Shown here: one piece after another, positions 8,304 through 17,059 of the stretch
How the letters are laid out: every line of letters starts with the position of its first letter
Position numbering within the stretch: the first letter of the stretch is position 1
Assembly: GCA_913020725.1 (NCBI GenBank)
Contig: CAJWCD010000047.1
Location: 1-23,069, forward strand
DNA length: 23,069 nt
Reading direction: 5' to 3'
Source of the DNA: an uncultured Pseudomonadota bacterium
Lineage (GTDB): Bacteria; SAR324; NAC60-12
Position numbers and translations under genes: made by a program
The notes under the pieces: generated by a model
Database searches by the model: none
What the model saw: the letters and a program-made list of their open reading frames with translations, nothing else
Told to the model about the DNA's origin: nothing

Positions 8304-10148
8304 ATGCATTCCAAAAATGAAAAACTGCTGATCATTCTCAGCGTGGTGGTGCTGGCCGTGTTTCTCGTTAATATGTTCAGCGGCAACCAAAGTGCCAACG
8401 ACAACACCCGCATCAGCGAACTCATCTACACCGACTTCAAGCACGAGGTCGCCACAGGCAGCATTCTCAGCGCCCAGTTTGTTGGAGACGCCAAAATTGA
8501 AGGCTTTGCTGATAGCGGACAAGCCTACCGCACCTACATTCCTCCCAACGATCCGGGGTTGATTGACCTCCTGCGTAGAAACCAAGTGCAGATCAACTAC
8601 ATTCCGGAGCCGGGCCTGCCATGGTATCTCGAATTGGTCATCCACTGGGGGCCATTCCTGCTGATTTTCGGAATCTGGATTTTCTTGATGCGCCGGATGC
8701 AAGGTGGTCTGGGTGGGGCTGGCAAGCTCTTCACGCTCGGACGCAGCCGTGCCAACAAGATCGAGCCAGATCAGCTAGGTATCACGTTTGCCAATGTTGC
8801 CGGAGTTGAGGAGGCGAAAACTGAACTGGAAGAAACCATCGAATTCCTCCGGGATCCCACGAAATTCCGCAAGCTCGGTGGACGCATTCCTAAAGGGATG
8901 TTGATGTCCGGACCTCCAGGAACTGGAAAAACGCTGCTCGCCAAGGCCGTTGCAGGTGAGGCGGAGGTGCCGTTCTTCACAATCAGCGGTTCCGAGTTTG
9001 TCGAAATGTTCGTCGGGGTCGGGGCCAGTCGAGTGCGGGATCTGTTTGAGGAGGCGCGGCGCACGGGTCCGTGCATCGTCTTCATCGATGAAATTGACGC
9101 CGTGGGCCGTAGCCGGGGGGCTGGTTTGGGTAGCGGCAACGACGAGCGCGAGCAGACGCTCAACCAACTGCTCGTCGAAATGGACGGTTTTGAACCCACC
9201 GACGGCATCATCGTCATCGCAGCGACCAATCGTCCGGATGTGCTTGATTCGGCGCTGCTACGCCCCGGACGCTTTGACCGCCAAGTTCATGTTCCGCTTC
9301 CGGATGTGAAGGGGCGTGAGGCCATTCTGCAAATCCACGCCGCCAAGGTGTTGATGGCCGAGGGGGTGGAATTGAACATCGTGGCCCGTGGGACTCCCGG
9401 ATTTTCTGGAGCCGACCTGAAAAACCTCGTCAACGAGGCTGCGCTTGGTGCGGCGCGGCACAACAAGACGGCACTCACACTCGCAGATTTTGAGTGGGCA
9501 CGGGACAAGATCCTCATGGGGCCGGAGCGCAAGTCAATGGTGATGAAAGAGGACGAAAAGCGCATCACCGCCTACCACGAAGCCGGACACGCACTGGTCT
9601 CCGTGCTGCTGCCCAAAACCGATCCGGTTCACAAAGTGACCATTGTGCCTCGTGGGCGGGCGATGGGCGTGACCGCTTATCTTCCGGAACAAGACCACCG
9701 CAACTACGAGAAGGAATACCTCCAGCATCGCCTCATCATTGCCATGGGAGGACGTGCGGCAGAGGAGATCATCTTTGACGAGTTCACCACTGGCGCCAGC
9801 AACGACATCCAGCAGGCGACCGAAATGGCCCGCAACATGATCACTCGCTGGGGGATGAGTGAATCGTTCGGGCCGATCGTGCTGGACAATGACGACCAGC
9901 AGATCGTCTTCGGTCGAGAGATTGGTGCAGAGCGGGAGTACAGCGAAGACACCGCCGAAAAAATTGATGTGGAACTGAGGACGCTCATTGCCCGGCAGTA
10001 CGACCGCGCTAAGGAACTCTTGCGAGACAACATCAGCGTTCTGCACCGTGTTGCAGAACTGTTGCTCGAAGAGGAAGTCCTCGACGGTTCCCGCATTGTT
10101 GAGTTGGCTAAAGCACCCGGAACTCCGGCCCTGCAACCAGAAGGGTGA
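8304..10148 (+). CDS. ftsH: ATP-dependent zinc metalloprotease FtsH
   Basis: Two N-terminal TMs, Walker A GPPGTGKT, Walker [33 protein letters not shown] and zinc motif HEAGH. Confidence 0.98.
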   Translation: MHSKNEKLLIILSVVVLAVFLVNMFSGNQSANDNTRISELIYTDFKHEVATGSILSAQFVGDAKIEGFADSGQAYRTYIPPNDPGLIDLLRRNQVQINYIPEPGLPWYLELVIHWGPFLLIFGIWIFLMRRMQGGLGGAGKLFTLGRSRANKIEPDQLGITFANVAGVEEAKTELEETIEFLRDPTKFRKLGGRIPKGMLMSGPPGTGKTLLAKAVAGEAEVPFFTISGSEFVEMFVGVGASRVRDLFEEARRTGPCIVFIDEIDAVGRSRGAGLGSGNDEREQTLNQLLVEMDGFEPTDGIIVIAATNRPDVLDSALLRPGRFDRQVHVPLPDVKGREAILQIHAAKVLMAEGVELNIVARGTPGFSGADLKNLVNEAALGAARHNKTALTLADFEWARDKILMGPERKSMVMKEDEKRITAYHEAGHALVSVLLPKTDPVHKVTIVPRGRAMGVTAYLPEQDHRNYEKEYLQHRLIIAMGGRAAEEIIFDEFTTGASNDIQQATEMARNMITRWGMSESFGPIVLDNDDQQIVFGREIGAEREYSEDTAEKIDVELRTLIARQYDRAKELLRDNISVLHRVAELLLEEEVLDGSRIVELAKAPGTPALQPEG

Positions 10149-11053
10149 TGCGCCCGGGCGGCAAGCCCTTGGGCTTTCATCTGCTCTTACTGCTGCCCCG
10201 CAACCTCTTCAGTCGGCTGTGTGGTCGCATTGCGGACATGCGGCTTCCGGTTTGGTTGCTGCAATCGCTGATCCGGGGCTTTGCTTGGGCGTTTGGGGTG
10301 GATTGGTCAGAAGCCACCCATCCTCCAAAGCACTACCAGACCTTCAACGAGTTCTTCACGCGTCCGCTCAAGCCCGGACTCCGGCCCATCCCCCCTGCAT
10401 CCGAAGCACTGGTTTCTCCGGTGGACGGCACAGTGGGCGAGTTCGGAACGATCCGAGAGGGGCGTTTGATTCAAGCCAAGGGGTTGGATTACACGGTGGC
10501 CGACTTACTTGCAGATCCGGAACGGGCAGCACAGTACGAGGGTGGGGAGTTCATGACAATCTACCTCGCACCCCACAATTACCACCGCATTCACAGCATG
10601 GTTGCGGGCGAGGTGCGTGAGTTTGCCTACAACCCCGGAGACCTCTGGACGGTCAGTCCGCTCGGTGTCAACTGGGTGTCCCGCTTGTTTGCCATCAACG
10701 AGCGTCTCACCTCGTACTTGCACACCTCTGGAGGCGAGTGTGCCCTCGTGAAAGTTGGAGCAATGGTTGTAGGACGCATCCGAGTCCGGTATGATGATTT
10801 GTTTTCCAACTGTCCCGGCGCGATTCGGGTGCAGAAGACCTTGCGGGTTCCCTTGCGAGTTGAACGTGGGGAGGAATTGGGACGGTTTGAGTTGGGGTCA
10901 ACAGTGATCCTGCTCTTTCAGCCCGAACAGGTGAACTGGAACTCAGTGAGCGTGGGGCAACCCGTGAGGCTAGGCATGGCACTTGGCACCTTCCGGTACG
11001 ACTTGGAGAATGTGAAGCCAGCAGCAAACAAAAGTCAGATTAAGCCAGATTAA
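10148..11053 (+). CDS. psd: Phosphatidylserine decarboxylase proenzyme
   Basis: TFNEFFTRPLKPG, SPVDG, IYLAPHNYHRIH, LFAINER and self-cleavage motif GRFELGSTVILLF. ATG overlaps the ftsH stop (TGATG). Confidence 0.95.
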   Translation: MRPGGKPLGFHLLLLLPRNLFSRLCGRIADMRLPVWLLQSLIRGFAWAFGVDWSEATHPPKHYQTFNEFFTRPLKPGLRPIPPASEALVSPVDGTVGEFGTIREGRLIQAKGLDYTVADLLADPERAAQYEGGEFMTIYLAPHNYHRIHSMVAGEVREFAYNPGDLWTVSPLGVNWVSRLFAINERLTSYLHTSGGECALVKVGAMVVGRIRVRYDDLFSNCPGAIRVQKTLRVPLRVERGEELGRFELGSTVILLFQPEQVNWNSVSVGQPVRLGMALGTFRYDLENVKPAANKSQIKPD

Positions 11054-11059
11054 AAAACC

Positions 11060-11842
11060 ATGATTGATTTTTCCGGAAAACGGGGATTGGTCCTCGGCGT
11101 GGGCAATCAGCGCAGCATCGCATGGGCCATTGTTGAAGAACTTCACAAGTTGGGTGCGGAGTTGGGACTCACTTACCTTACCGAACCCAAAGGACGCTTC
11201 GAGGCCAATGTCCGCAAACTGGGAGACAAAGTGGGGGCGAGTATCATCCAAGAGTGCGATGTCGGCAACGACGAGTCCATTAAGCAACTCATCGAGACCA
11301 CCGAAAAAGAGTGGGGCGAACTCGATTTCCTTGTCCACAGTCTGGCCTTTGCGGATTACGAAGACCTTAACCGCCCCTACTCTGAAACCAACCGCGCCGG
11401 TTTCATGAAGGCACACGACATCAGCGCGTACTCACTGCTGCCCTTGTCAAACGGAGTCGCCCCGATGATGCGTAAGCGCGGCGGCGGCAGCATCCTCAGC
11501 ATCAGCTTCATTGGCGCGGTGCTGGCGGTTCCCAACTACAACGTCATGGGTTCGGCGAAAGCGGCACTGGAAGCCTCCATACGCTACCTCGCCCGCGAGC
11601 TGGGTCCAGAAAACATCCGGGCAAACAGCATCTCCGCCGGGGCGATCCGCACCCTCTCGTCGGCTGGGATCAAGAATTTCAGCGAAATGCTCCGCGTCGC
11701 CGGAGAGCATTCCGCGATGCTCCGAACCGTGACCCCAGCGGAAGTGGGCAAAACGGCTGCCTTCCTGCTCAGCGATGTCTCTTCTGGAATCACGGGACAG
11801 ACGGTGTATGTGGACTGCGGCTACTCGATCATGGCGAACTAA
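11060..11842 (+). CDS. fabI: Enoyl-ACP reductase FabI
   Basis: GVGNQRSIAWAI, LVHSLAFA, DISAYSL, PNYNVMGSAKAALEASIRYLA, ISAGAIRTL and GITGQTVYVDCG. Confidence 0.95.
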   Translation: MIDFSGKRGLVLGVGNQRSIAWAIVEELHKLGAELGLTYLTEPKGRFEANVRKLGDKVGASIIQECDVGNDESIKQLIETTEKEWGELDFLVHSLAFADYEDLNRPYSETNRAGFMKAHDISAYSLLPLSNGVAPMMRKRGGGSILSISFIGAVLAVPNYNVMGSAKAALEASIRYLARELGPENIRANSISAGAIRTLSSAGIKNFSEMLRVAGEHSAMLRTVTPAEVGKTAAFLLSDVSSGITGQTVYVDCGYSIMAN

Positions 11843-11914
11843 CACCCCTTATGTTTTACGGGAGTCTGTTTTCTAAGCTCCAAATCCGAGGCCTCCTCGC
11901 TTGACTGGACACAC

Positions 11915-13195
11915 ATGACAAAAATATTAGACGACTTTCGTCTCCAACTCCGGGGGCGAGAATATGTACCCATTTTGGTGGGAGGAATGGGTGTGGACAT
12001 CTCCACTGCTGCCTTGGCGTGGGAAACCTGTCGTCTTGGCGGGATTGGCCATATTTCAGACGCGATGGCTCCAACCGTTTCAGACCGACGTTACGACACG
12101 AAATTCGTCCAACAAAAACTCAAGACCTACAAGTACAACGTCAACAGCGCGGACAAGGCCATCGTGCAGTTCGATCTGCAACAACTTGCCCAAGCCCAGC
12201 GGCTGCACGTTGAGCGCACCATGTCAGCCAAGCGTGGCAACGGCATGATCTTCGTCAACTGTATGGAGAAACTGACGATGAATAATACCCGGGACACGCT
12301 CCGCGTTCGACTGAACGAGGCCCTTGACTCGGGGATTGACGGCATCACCCTGAGTGCCGGACTACACCTGAACTCCTTTGAGTTGATGCGGGACAACCCT
12401 CGCTTCCATGATGCCCTGCTCGGCATCATCATTTCCTCGGTTCGCGCCTTGCGCCCCTTCCTCAAACGAGGCAAGCGCAGCGACCGGATGCCCGACTATG
12501 TCATCGTCGAAGGCCCGCTTGCCGGAGGACACTTGGGCTTCGGCATGGATTGGGCCGAGTATGACCTCAAAGCCATCGTTCAGGAGACACAGGATTTTCT
12601 GAAGGACAACGATCTTGACATCCCGGTGATTCCAGCAGGCGGAGTTTTCACCGGGACCGATGCCGTTGAGTTTCTGGAAAAGGGGGCTTCCGCCGTGCAG
12701 GTGGCAACGCGGTTCACCGTGACCAAAGAATGCGGACTGCCCACCTCCGTCAAGCAGAAATACTTCGAAGCCTTCGAGGAAGACGTGGTGGTGAACACGA
12801 TCTCCCCCACGGGCTACCCCATGCGGATGCTGGCGAACTCTCCCGGAATCGGCACGGGAATCCGCCCCAACTGCGAAGCCTTCGGCTACATCTTGGACAA
12901 GAATGGGCACTGCGCCTACGTTGAGGCGTACAACCGAGAACTAACGGAACAATCTGGAAAACTCTCGATCCCGGACAAAACCTGTCTCTGCACCCACTTT
13001 CGCAACTTTAAGATTTGGACCTGCGGACACAACGTCTATCGTCTCAAGGACACCACCCATCAGTTCCCTGACGGGCGCTACCAACTGCTCACTGCCGAGC
13101 ATGTTTTCCAAGACTACCAGTTCAGCCGCGAACATGCCGTCCAGCTGCCACCGGACCCCATCGCCCCATCGCCAGAAGTATTGGAGTTGGCCTGA
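11915..13195 (+). CDS. FMN-dependent nitronate monooxygenase/FabK/FabX-family protein with Cys-rich C-terminus
   Basis: PILVGGMGVDIS, IVEGPLAGGHLGF, IPVIPAGGVF, GASAVQVATRF and SPTGYPMR; C-terminal Cys residues in RPNC, GHC, KTCLC and WTCG. Confidence 0.88.
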   Translation: MTKILDDFRLQLRGREYVPILVGGMGVDISTAALAWETCRLGGIGHISDAMAPTVSDRRYDTKFVQQKLKTYKYNVNSADKAIVQFDLQQLAQAQRLHVERTMSAKRGNGMIFVNCMEKLTMNNTRDTLRVRLNEALDSGIDGITLSAGLHLNSFELMRDNPRFHDALLGIIISSVRALRPFLKRGKRSDRMPDYVIVEGPLAGGHLGFGMDWAEYDLKAIVQETQDFLKDNDLDIPVIPAGGVFTGTDAVEFLEKGASAVQVATRFTVTKECGLPTSVKQKYFEAFEEDVVVNTISPTGYPMRMLANSPGIGTGIRPNCEAFGYILDKNGHCAYVEAYNRELTEQSGKLSIPDKTCLCTHFRNFKIWTCGHNVYRLKDTTHQFPDGRYQLLTAEHVFQDYQFSREHAVQLPPDPIAPSPEVLELA

Positions 13196-13213
13196 AGCGA
13201 CCGCTGATTTATG

Positions 13214-13243
13214 TTGACAAGGTGGCGAGATTCACGCAATAAT
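13214..13243 (+). promoter_or_regulatory. Sigma70-type promoter of the tRNA/ribosomal-protein cluster
   Basis: Perfect TTGACA, 18-nt spacer, AATAAT, ending 19 nt before tRNA-Thr. Confidence 0.6.
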
Positions 13244-13262
13244 GGCTGTTTGGCATTTAGCC

Positions 13263-13338
13263 GCTGGCATAGCTCAACTGGTAGAGCAGCTGATTTGTAA
13301 TCAGCAGGTTGCGGGTTCGAGTCCCATTGCCAGCTCCA
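13263..13338 (+). tRNA. tRNA-Thr (anticodon TGT)
   Basis: Acceptor GCTGGCA/TGCCAGC, D-arm AGCTCAACTGGTAGAGC, anticodon arm GCTGA-TTTGTAA-TCAGC, GTTCGAGTC and encoded CCA. Confidence 0.97.
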
Positions 13339-13341
13339 TGG

Positions 13342-13427
13342 GGGGAGGCGGCGACGATGGCGAGTCGCACCAGACTGTAAATCTGGCGCCTGAGGCTTAG
13401 GGAGTTCGAATCTCTCCCTCCCCACCA
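13342..13427 (+). tRNA. tRNA-Tyr (anticodon GTA), long variable arm, atypical D-region
   Basis: Acceptor GGGGAGG/CCTCCCC, anticodon arm CCAGA-CTGTAAA-TCTGG, variable hairpin GCC-TGA-GGC, T-arm GGGAG-TTCGAAT-CTCTC and ACCA end. Confidence 0.93.
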
Positions 13428-13443
13428 CCGAGCTGTTTTAAAA

Positions 13444-13518
<75 letters not shown>

Positions 13519-13541
13519 CGACCTTCTGAACGAGTTGGGAG

Positions 13542-13691
13542 ATGAGAGAGACAGTACATCTGGAGTGTACAGAGTGCAAGCGCCGGAATTATGTAGCCTC
13601 GCGGAACAAGAAATTGAAAACCAAGCGATTGGAGCTCCGGAAGTACTGCAAGTGGGACCGCAAGCACACCCTCCACCGCGAAACCAAGTAA
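13542..13691 (+). CDS. rpmG: 50S ribosomal protein L33
   Basis: Below the ORF-track length cutoff; hand translation gives [49 protein letters not shown], in the canonical position before tRNA-Trp and secE. Confidence 0.96.
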   Translation: MRETVHLECTECKRRNYVASRNKKLKTKRLELRKYCKWDRKHTLHRETK

Positions 13692-13719
13692 TCTCTGGAT
13701 TCTCTACTGAATCTCGGAT

Positions 13720-13795
13720 AGGGCAGTAGCTCAGTTGGTAGAGCATCGGTCTCCAAAACCGAAGGTCGCAGGTTCGATCCCTGTCTGCCCTGCCA
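13720..13795 (+). tRNA. tRNA-Trp (anticodon CCA)
   Basis: Acceptor AGGGCAG/CTGCCCT, anticodon arm TCGGT-CTCCAAA-ACCGA, GTTCGATCC and GCCA end. Confidence 0.97.
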
Positions 13796-13850
13796 GCGGC
13801 CAAAGCCGCCATTCTGTGTAGGACTATGATCCGAAGCAACAGGCAATAGC

Positions 13851-14039
13851 ATGTTTAAGCGTTTACGAAAATTCATTGAGGACATCCTTAGCGAGTTCCG
13901 CAAGGTGCAGTGGCCGACTCGCGAGGCCACCCTCAAATCCACGGGAGTTGTACTCAGTGTTTCGCTGGTGATCGCGGTCTACCTTGGAATTGCGGATCTT
14001 GGGCTTGCAAACCTAATGAAGCAATTGATCTCTGGCTGA
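13851..14039 (+). CDS. secE: Preprotein translocase subunit SecE (single-TM form)
   Basis: SEFRKVQWPTREAT motif followed by one TM helix; between tRNA-Trp and nusG. Confidence 0.95.
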   Translation: MFKRLRKFIEDILSEFRKVQWPTREATLKSTGVVLSVSLVIAVYLGIADLGLANLMKQLISG

Positions 14040-14049
14040 CGAACAGTTG

Positions 14050-14751
14050 ATGGTTGAAGACAACGTGAGACTCGACACCGAACCCGTAGTGGCGGAAAAA
14101 CTGCCCATCGAACCCGTAGTGGCGGAAGAGCAACAAGCAGAACGGGCAGAAGATTCACCCCAATTGGATGTGGTGGAAGAGCCGACTCTGGAGCCGGAGC
14201 CTCCACGCAACCCCAATGCCAAGTGGTACATCCTGCAGGCACACACGGGTTACGAGGGCCGTGTGGAACAGACCATCCGGGAAAAGTTGCGTATCAAGGG
14301 GCTGGGCGAATTGGTGGATGAGATCTTCATCCCCTCCGAAGAGATTGTCCGGACGAAAGGTGGCAAGCAGCGCCGTATCAATCAGAAGTACTTTCCGGGC
14401 TACATTCTCATTCGTATGGAGTTGAAGCCGGAACTTTGGCACCTGCTGAACGACATCGACCGCATCAGCGGCTTCGTCGGCGGAACACAGCGTGATCCCC
14501 TGCCAATGGACGAGGAGGAACTGAGCGCGATCAAGGCGCAGGTGAACGAGGGCTTCCAGCAAAAGGCCGCCGAAGAGGAGTACGTCATTGACCAGAGGGT
14601 CACGATCACGGAAGGACCGTTCAACGGCTTTACTGGCATCATTGGCGAGATCAACACCGAGCGTGAAAAACTCAAGGTGCTGGTCAGTATTTTCGGACGA
14701 CCGACCCCGGTGGAGGTCGAATTTGACAAGGTTAAGAACGTAGAGGAATAA
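14050..14751 (+). CDS. nusG: Transcription termination/antitermination factor NusG with acidic N-terminal extension
   Basis: KWYILQAHTGYEGRV, KYFPGYILIRM, KOW motif ITEGPFNGFTG and VSIFGRPTPVEVEF. Confidence 0.96.
   Translation: MVEDNVRLDTEPVVAEKLPIEPVVAEEQQAERAEDSPQLDVVEEPTLEPEPPRNPNAKWYILQAHTGYEGRVEQTIREKLRIKGLGELVDEIFIPSEEIVRTKGGKQRRINQKYFPGYILIRMELKPELWHLLNDIDRISGFVGGTQRDPLPMDEEELSAIKAQVNEGFQQKAAEEEYVIDQRVTITEGPFNGFTGIIGEINTEREKLKVLVSIFGRPTPVEVEFDKVKNVEE
14079..14127 (+). repeat. 19-nt direct repeat, 30-nt period, in the nusG N-terminal extension
   Basis: cgaacccgtagtggcggaa at 14079-14097 and 14109-14127, encoding EPVVAE twice. Confidence 0.85.
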
Positions 14752-14754
14752 CGG

Positions 14755-15177
14755 ATGGCGAAAGAGATTAGCGCATACATCAAATTGCAGGTTCCATCAG
14801 GAAAAGCTAACCCCTCCCCGCCGATTGGCCCAGCCTTGGGTCAACACGGGGTGAACATCATGGAATTCTGCAAGGCATTCAATGCCAAGACGCAGGACAT
14901 GGACACCATCATCCCGGTGGTGATCTCGGTGTATAAGGATCGGTCCTTCGACTTCATCATGAAGACACCACCAGTGCCGGTCTTGATCAAGAAGGCACTG
15001 AAACTAGACAAAGGTTCGCCGACTCCAAACACGAGCAAGGTGGGCACCTTGACCAACGCACAGGTTGAGGAAATCGCCCAGACCAAAATGCCCGATCTCA
15101 ACTGCTATGACCTCGAAGCTGCCAAGCAAACGGTGGCGGGAACGGCCCGCAGCATGGGTGTGGAAGTCGCCGACTGA
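14755..15177 (+). CDS. rplK: 50S ribosomal protein L11
   Basis: [35 protein letters not shown] and GTARSMGV. Confidence 0.98.
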   Translation: MAKEISAYIKLQVPSGKANPSPPIGPALGQHGVNIMEFCKAFNAKTQDMDTIIPVVISVYKDRSFDFIMKTPPVPVLIKKALKLDKGSPTPNTSKVGTLTNAQVEEIAQTKMPDLNCYDLEAAKQTVAGTARSMGVEVAD

Positions 15178-15191
15178 GCAAGGAAATCTCA

Positions 15192-15881
15192 ATGAAAAAA
15201 CTAACAAAACGAGAGCGGCTGATTCAGGAGAAGGTTGATTTGGTCAAACTCCACGAACTGACGGAAGCCATCGGCTTGCTCAAAGAAGTGAAAGCCACCA
15301 AGTTTGATGAAACTGTCGAGGTTGCACTTCGCCTTGGCGTTGATCCCCGTAAGGCCGACCAGATGGTACGCGGCACCTGCGCCCTGCCCCACGGCTTGGG
15401 CAAAGAGGTTCGGGTTTTGGTGTTTGCCAAAGGCGAGAAGGTCAAAGAAGCCGAAGACGCCGGTGCAGATTTGGTTGGAGGCGAGGAGTTTGCCCAGCAA
15501 ATTCAGGGAGGCTGGCTGGAATTTGACCGCTGTGTCGCAACTCCAGATATGATGGCCGTGGTCGGCAAAATCGGCAAAATCCTCGGTCCACGCGGCCTCA
15601 TGCCCAACCCGAAAGTCGGGACCGTCACCTTTGACGTGGGGGCTGTGGTGCAGAGCATTAAATCCGGGCAGGTGGAGTTCCGTGTCGATAAGTCGGGCAA
15701 CCTCCAAGCTCCGGTTGGCAAAATCTCCTTCGATCCCGAAAAGCTCGAAGAGAATGTTTCCGCCCTCTTGGATGCGGTGAAGCGGCTCAAACCCTCCACC
15801 TCCAAGGGCATTTACCTGCGTGGCTGTACGCTCAGTTCTTCCATGGGGCCTGGCCTCAAGGTTGATCCGCAAGCCGCCTGA
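15192..15881 (+). CDS. rplA: 50S ribosomal protein L1
   Basis: [25 protein letters not shown] and [16 protein letters not shown]. Confidence 0.98.
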   Translation: MKKLTKRERLIQEKVDLVKLHELTEAIGLLKEVKATKFDETVEVALRLGVDPRKADQMVRGTCALPHGLGKEVRVLVFAKGEKVKEAEDAGADLVGGEEFAQQIQGGWLEFDRCVATPDMMAVVGKIGKILGPRGLMPNPKVGTVTFDVGAVVQSIKSGQVEFRVDKSGNLQAPVGKISFDPEKLEENVSALLDAVKRLKPSTSKGIYLRGCTLSSSMGPGLKVDPQAA

Positions 15882-15904
15882 GTTCAGTACGTCTCACGAT
15901 TGAC

Positions 15905-16022
15905 GGCTGTCGAAGACAGTAGGGGCCGGAAGGCTTAAACTCCCTGCCGAGACAGGACCGCAGCCCATCCTCCCGGAGTTTCCGGGTTCTTGCGCATTCG
16001 CGTCCTTTTCTCTCTGTCTTCA
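15905..16022 (+). ncRNA. L10 leader (rplJL autoregulatory RNA)
   Basis: GTCGAAGACAGTAGG...TTAAACTCCCTGCCGAGAC resembles the L10-leader core, in the rplA-rplJ spacer; a further hairpin cccgga-gtt-tccggg follows. Boundaries approximate. Confidence 0.8.
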
Positions 16023-16075
16023 GTTAATCCCGGTGCTCCCTTGTTGGGAGGACCATGCACACCTTAGGAGTGCCC

Positions 16076-16600
16076 ATGAACCGAGAACAAAAAGAGCAGT
16101 CCGTGGAGGAGTTGAAGGGCCTGTTCTCCAGTGCTTCGGCAGGAGTGTTGGTGGACTATCAGGGTCTTTCGGCGAATGACCTCGTGGAACTTCGCAAGAA
16201 GTTGAACGAGACCCAGTCTTCCATGAAGGTGCTCAAGAACACCCTCGCCCGGATTGCGGTGAAGGACACGCCTTACGCCGAACTGCAAGCGCAGTTTGTG
16301 CGGGCACGGGCGATGGTCTTCAGCGACAACCCGGTTGAGCAGGCCAAAGTACTCACCGAGTATGCTGACGAGCACGAGAACCTTAAAATTCATGCTGGGT
16401 TGCTCTCAGACTCAGGACGGATCTCAGTCCTGAATTTGGATCAGTTGCAAGCGTTGGCGAAGCTGCCCTCGAAAGAGGAACTACTCGTCCAGCTCCTCTT
16501 CCTGATGCAATCTTCGACCACCCAGTTCGTCCGGACCCTCAACGAGGTGCCCGCCAAGTTCGTCCGCACCCTCGCGGCGATTGCACAAAGCAAAGAGTAA
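16076..16600 (+). CDS. rplJ: 50S ribosomal protein L10
   Basis: VDYQGLS...LRKKL...KVLKNTLARIA and LAKLPSKEELL. Start placed at MNREQKEQ (AGGAG RBS) rather than 16055. Confidence 0.96.
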   Translation: MNREQKEQSVEELKGLFSSASAGVLVDYQGLSANDLVELRKKLNETQSSMKVLKNTLARIAVKDTPYAELQAQFVRARAMVFSDNPVEQAKVLTEYADEHENLKIHAGLLSDSGRISVLNLDQLQALAKLPSKEELLVQLLFLMQSSTTQFVRTLNEVPAKFVRTLAAIAQSKE

Positions 16601-16620
16601 TCCTGTAACCAAGCAAGAAA

Positions 16621-17004
16621 ATGGCAGATATCACCAAGGATCAAGTCGTCGAATTCATCTCCAACATGTCTGTGCTGGACCTTTCAGAGATGGTCAAGGA
16701 ACTTGAAGAGAAATTTGGCGTCAGCGCAGCCGCTGCTACCGTTGCTGCTGCACCCGCGGCTGGCAGTAGCGAAGCCGCCGCTGAGGAAGTGAAGACGGAG
16801 TTTGACGTTGTCCTCACCGCCATTGGCGAGAAGAAGATCAACGTCATCAAGGAAGTCCGGGCCATCACGGGACTTGGCCTCAAGGAAGCCAAGGAGTTTG
16901 TGGAGTCCGCTCCGAAGACCGTGAAGGAAGGCATTCCTCAGGAAGAAGCGGATGCGCTGAAGGCAAAGCTCGAAGCGGTCGGTGCTACGGCCGAGATCAA
17001 GTAA
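16621..17004 (+). CDS. rplL: 50S ribosomal protein L7/L12
   Basis: [20 protein letters not shown] and [24 protein letters not shown]. Confidence 0.98.
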   Translation: MADITKDQVVEFISNMSVLDLSEMVKELEEKFGVSAAAATVAAAPAAGSSEAAAEEVKTEFDVVLTAIGEKKINVIKEVRAITGLGLKEAKEFVESAPKTVKEGIPQEEADALKAKLEAVGATAEIK

Positions 17005-17016
17005 GGCTTTAGGCTT

Positions 17017-17059
17017 TTAGGCTGTAGGTTTCGGCACCCCCCTAAAACCTACAGCCTAA
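17017..17059. terminator. Inverted repeat between convergent rplL and galE; possible bidirectional terminator or 3' stabiliser
   Basis: Perfect 15-bp arms ttaggctgtaggttt (17017-17031) / aaacctacagcctaa (17045-17059) with a 13-nt loop; overlaps the galE stop; no clear U-tract. Confidence 0.55.

Noticed and set aside
13535..13729. 64-aa ORF-track call over the rpmG region
   Set aside because: Wrong frame; the real gene is rpmG at 13542-13691.
16055..16075. N-terminal extension of L10 (MHTLGVP)
   Set aside because: ATG 16076 has a better-spaced AGGAG and matches the usual L10 N-terminus.
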